A DNA stretch of 53,603 nucleotides, the filler included, from Bipalium vagum (lineage: Eukaryota): NCBI GenBank assembly GCA_037834085.1. It is 2 parts of 2 records of this genome, joined end to end, with 100 filler letters (N's around TTAATTAATTAA, not from the genome) between each part and the next. Parts side by side here need not be neighbours in the genome. Positions count along the whole stretch, not along the records: positions 30,789 to 53,603 come from JBBMKC010216247.1; 1 more part is not named here. One strand, 5' to 3'. Numbering within the stretch: position 1 is the stretch's first letter; the number at the start of each line of letters is the position of its first letter. Shown piece by piece: positions 50,005 through 53,603 of this stretch. The notes under the pieces are model-generated. The model was not told where the DNA came from. It did no database searches and was given only the letters and a program-made list of their open reading frames with translations. The translations under genes were made by a program, and so were the position numbers.

Positions 50005-51001
50005 CAAAAGCCTAACGTTTTCCCATAACATTTTCAGTCTATGAGGACAGTTTCAAAGTTAATGTCGACTTTTTATGATAGGAAAATTTTAAATTAAACA
50101 CAATTTGTTTAAATAAATAGAGAGTATTTTGTTTGAATTATCTTAAAGAAAAAATTGGATAAATAAATATTAATTTTCTTTCTGATTTTTTGATTTTCGC
50201 AGTTTCATTTAAAAAGGAAAACTGAAAAATCATAAAATTTTCCTTGATAAATATTATTGCTACTTAACAATAGAAGGACTTCTAGATTACAAATATCGGA
50301 CTGGAACAGAAACCCTTTGTCAGTTGTTTTTCTCCTCAACTTATTATCATAAGTCAATAAAGAAAAAGGAAAGGAAAAAGGATTGAAAAATATTGAGAAA
50401 TTTAATTAATTAAAATGGAAAATTAACCAGTCATTTATCGCATTGAGAAAATTCAATTAAACCACAAAACTGAAAATCCTCTCCGCTAAAAGTACCAAGT
50501 CTAAGTCTATTTCTGCAGCATTAGTCATTTTTGGACTAGCCCGGCCGATACATTGTCTACTTCCCGATCTCCAAGGCAACGATATGTTAAACTGACTGCT
50601 TCTGCTGGTTCAGAACATCGCTGAATTGGGACAATAGTCATCTAATTCGATTCTGATCTCTTTTGTAACAAGAATGTTATCTTTTCTGTTTGGAGCCTCC
50701 GTCCAGCGACCTAATGAATCCCTTTCTTAGAATTCTGTCAAATCAGTAATATTTATTTATACTTCCCTTACAATTATCAACAAAGCTTATTTTTTATATA
50801 TTATTAACAGTAGCAGTGTTAATTATTTATGACTGTTATCCAGGACAGGAAAACAATAATCTAACGAAAGTGCTTATACTCCACATGGTTATGAATTTAT
50901 TTTCAAATAAAATTTTTTTTCATTAAACTCTCAACATGGCTTTTTAAAATATAACGTAGAAAGAAGAAATAACATGAGGTAAAATAAAAATGAATCAATT
51001 A

Positions 51002-51530
51002 TATTCTGTTGTCCCACAGAAATGAAAGGTTTTTTTTTGGTAAGGAGAGATATGCAATAATTTAATACTGTTTTAAAATTCGCTCATCCATCGCAACTTA
51101 TGAAATGATTAGATTTATTACCAAAATTTTTTAGTTGAAATCTTGAATAGGTAAAAATGGAATAAATCAAAGTTCTTTTTAGCAAGGATACACTTTGCCG
51201 TCTCGTGAAAGTTTTGAGATGTCTTTATCAAAAAACTCAGGTTTGAGAGAATTAATAAATTGTATAAAGGCACTATGGACAGCGTCTTTGTATTGGAATA
51301 TGTTTTTCCTGTAAGAAGTTTTCAAAATTCTGGAAAAATGCTATTCGGTATGAGAAAGGTCTGGGGAGTAAGAAGGATGATTAATGGCTTCCAAATCCAT
51401 CTCTAAAATTTTTAATTGAGCCTGATTTGCAACGTGCGGCCGGTCATTTTCATGAAGGAGTGTTGGTCTATCTTTATTAACCAATCTCGGCTGGTTTTCT
51501 GCAAGACTTTTTCTCATTTCTTCCAATCAA
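51002..51530 (-). mobile_element. Mariner 3' fragment (cecropia/Hsmar1-like)
   Basis: LVNKDRPTLLHENDRPHV..HPSYSPDLSHTE*HFF; TIR-like tattctgttgtccca at about 51002. Confidence 0.8.
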
Positions 51531-51539
51531 ATACATTGA

Positions 51540-52345
51540 TGTTTATCAATGACAGAAATTTATAAATAATATTATCTTGCATTGGTTTTTGAGTCACAGA
51601 TTTGATATTAAAATTCTTCCTCTTTGTAGTTACCAAGTTTACATTTAACCTTCTTCGCCGATGGTCTGTAATGCCTTATTTTTAAACTTTTGAATTCATC
51701 TGAAAAAGAATTTTTTAACGTTCATTATTTACTGTTTTCCTTTTTTTTCTTTAGACGGATTTCTTGGTTATTCATAAATTTATCCGGTGTAACTTATATC
51801 ATCTTTCAATTTTCCAATCAGGAGAAGTATTCTTCGTTAACCTTTTAATTTCATCAATTTCAATGTCAATCTTCCCATAACCGTTATTCCGATGTCAATG
51901 CCACCAAAGTATTCATTCCTTTTAGGATAAATGTTACTGTTATTAAAAAATAATTTGGCAGTATTGATCTTCACAGTTTTATAGAATCTCTGGCTTAAAC
52001 GATCTTTTTTATTCTCCAAGCTATTTAGTAAATGAAGGGCTCGTTTTATGATTGATTTATTTTACATTGAATACATTGTCAGTTGTCTCAAATTTCCAAA
52101 ATTTCTTTCCCTCTTGATTTGCCTAATTGCAGTTGAAGGAAAGTTTGAATTTGCATAATAACATCGAATGATGTCAATTTTCAAATCGAGAGTCATGTTC
52201 ATATCTATCATATCTTTAATAAATATATTATTTAAACAAAATCTACTTTAATCAATTTAATATCAATTTTTAAATGTACATAAAATATGGTTTGCTAAAA
52301 ATAGGACGGCAAAACAATATTTTCCTTGATTTTGGAACACCCTGC
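51540..52345 (-). mobile_element. Tc1/rosa-like element, 5' remnant
   Basis: Minus-strand terminus CAGGGTGTTCC; LKIDIIRCYYANSN..TAIRQ and FSDE. Confidence 0.6.
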
Positions 52346-53534
52346 ATAAAAATTATTAAACACAAAAATAATCGTTATAATCGCAGATTTTAACTTAGAA
52401 CTCTTACACTTCCATCTTCACAAAAGTTAAGTGCTGGAAAACGATTTTACAGTTCTCGTTTTTACAAAAACCCCCGTTACCAAAGACCTAAGAGACGATT
52501 AATAATTCTATTTGTTAGTAATATTAAAATCCCATCTCCAGAATTGAGTGAAATGTTTCGTTTTTTCCCCATACTTTTACATTTTCATTAAAAAAACTTT
52601 CCACAATATTTTCTTTTACAGTAATCGGCTGTTTGAAAAGCCGTTTCTTTTATTTTTTTTAATTAATACTACGGATAATAGGTTATTTAATGTTTCGTAA
52701 AAAGATTGTGGATGATAAAAAAGAAAAATTCCCTCGGCGAATCATTTCAACGTATGAGACTGTTTTCACTGTACAGAAATCGAGGCAGAGCTGAGCTGAG
52801 AAGACAAGGGACAAAAATATAAAACACACTGAACTATTTTGAGGAAAATAAAATATTATTTACTTTCATCTCTAAAAATCCTTTGCCATCTTTCTTAATG
52901 AAATTCTTGTTATAACTTTTGATAATATCCATAGATGGAGATCAATACAGTGGATTGATATGGGGTAAGAGGTCATATAATTTATATGTCCTGAACCTTT
53001 TTGAACCTAGATTAGATAAACTGGTTTTCTCATCAGATTTAACTTATCCTTATTTCTTATGCTTTCAACTAAGATTGACATTATTTGAATGCGAATCATT
53101 TTTGTTTGAGGATTTAGTGAAGATTTAGTGAATGTACCTGTCAAAGTGCTATTTTACAGGGAACTGCTTTTCTTTATTAATATCCTTTAAAAGAAAATGC
53201 ATCAAACTCATCTTTAAGGTATTTGATTGTAACATAATTTCCCGTGATTTTATTCATTTCTACTTTGTTTAACGGGGCTATTTTTATTTATCGCTATTTG
53301 TATATTTTTTGAATTTCCTTTCTGCTCAACAAAACTATAGCAATTATATTCTGTCCGTTAATTTTTAAAACTTTAAAAACGAAAATTGCAAGTCGATAAA
53401 AAACAGCATTCCCGACATTTAATTTTATTTTCTCTTTATTTATAAAACAAATCTTATTTAAATTTTGTGCTAATGATATGTTACAAATTATAACTATTAA
53501 ACAAGCTAGTAATTTACCAAAACCTTTCTTTCAA

Positions 53535-53537
<3 letters not shown>

Positions 53538-53603
<66 letters not shown>
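53538..53603. repeat. (ATT)n microsatellite running to the window end
   Basis: Seen directly in sequence. Confidence 0.98.

Noticed and set aside
1-53603. CRISPR arrays, operons or prokaryotic defence systems
   Set aside because: No repeat-spacer arrays seen; spliceosomal introns and eukaryotic TEs show this is eukaryotic DNA

Overview
Very AT-rich eukaryotic genomic scaffold with two N-gaps, (ATT)n microsatellites and very short GT-AG introns. These traits resemble a planarian/flatworm-type genome, but the taxon is an inference. Four host genes are supported: an intronless 390-aa NHL-like beta-propeller gene (-), a small single-pass membrane protein (-), an intronless 1792-aa low-complexity protein (-), and a 14-exon Haspin kinase gene (+, about 539 aa). 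Most of the rest is decayed transposons: several mariner copies, three DD37E-type, rosa/DD41D-like, pogo/Tigger, a Buster-type hAT, two MITEs, and a Ty3/Gypsy element nested in a piggyBac remnant. There is also a tRNA-Ala-derived pseudogene. I found no convincing novel multi-gene system. The best leads are the orphan genes and a candidate PP1-docking motif in Haspin. All calls come from manual translation and motif recognition; no database searches were run.
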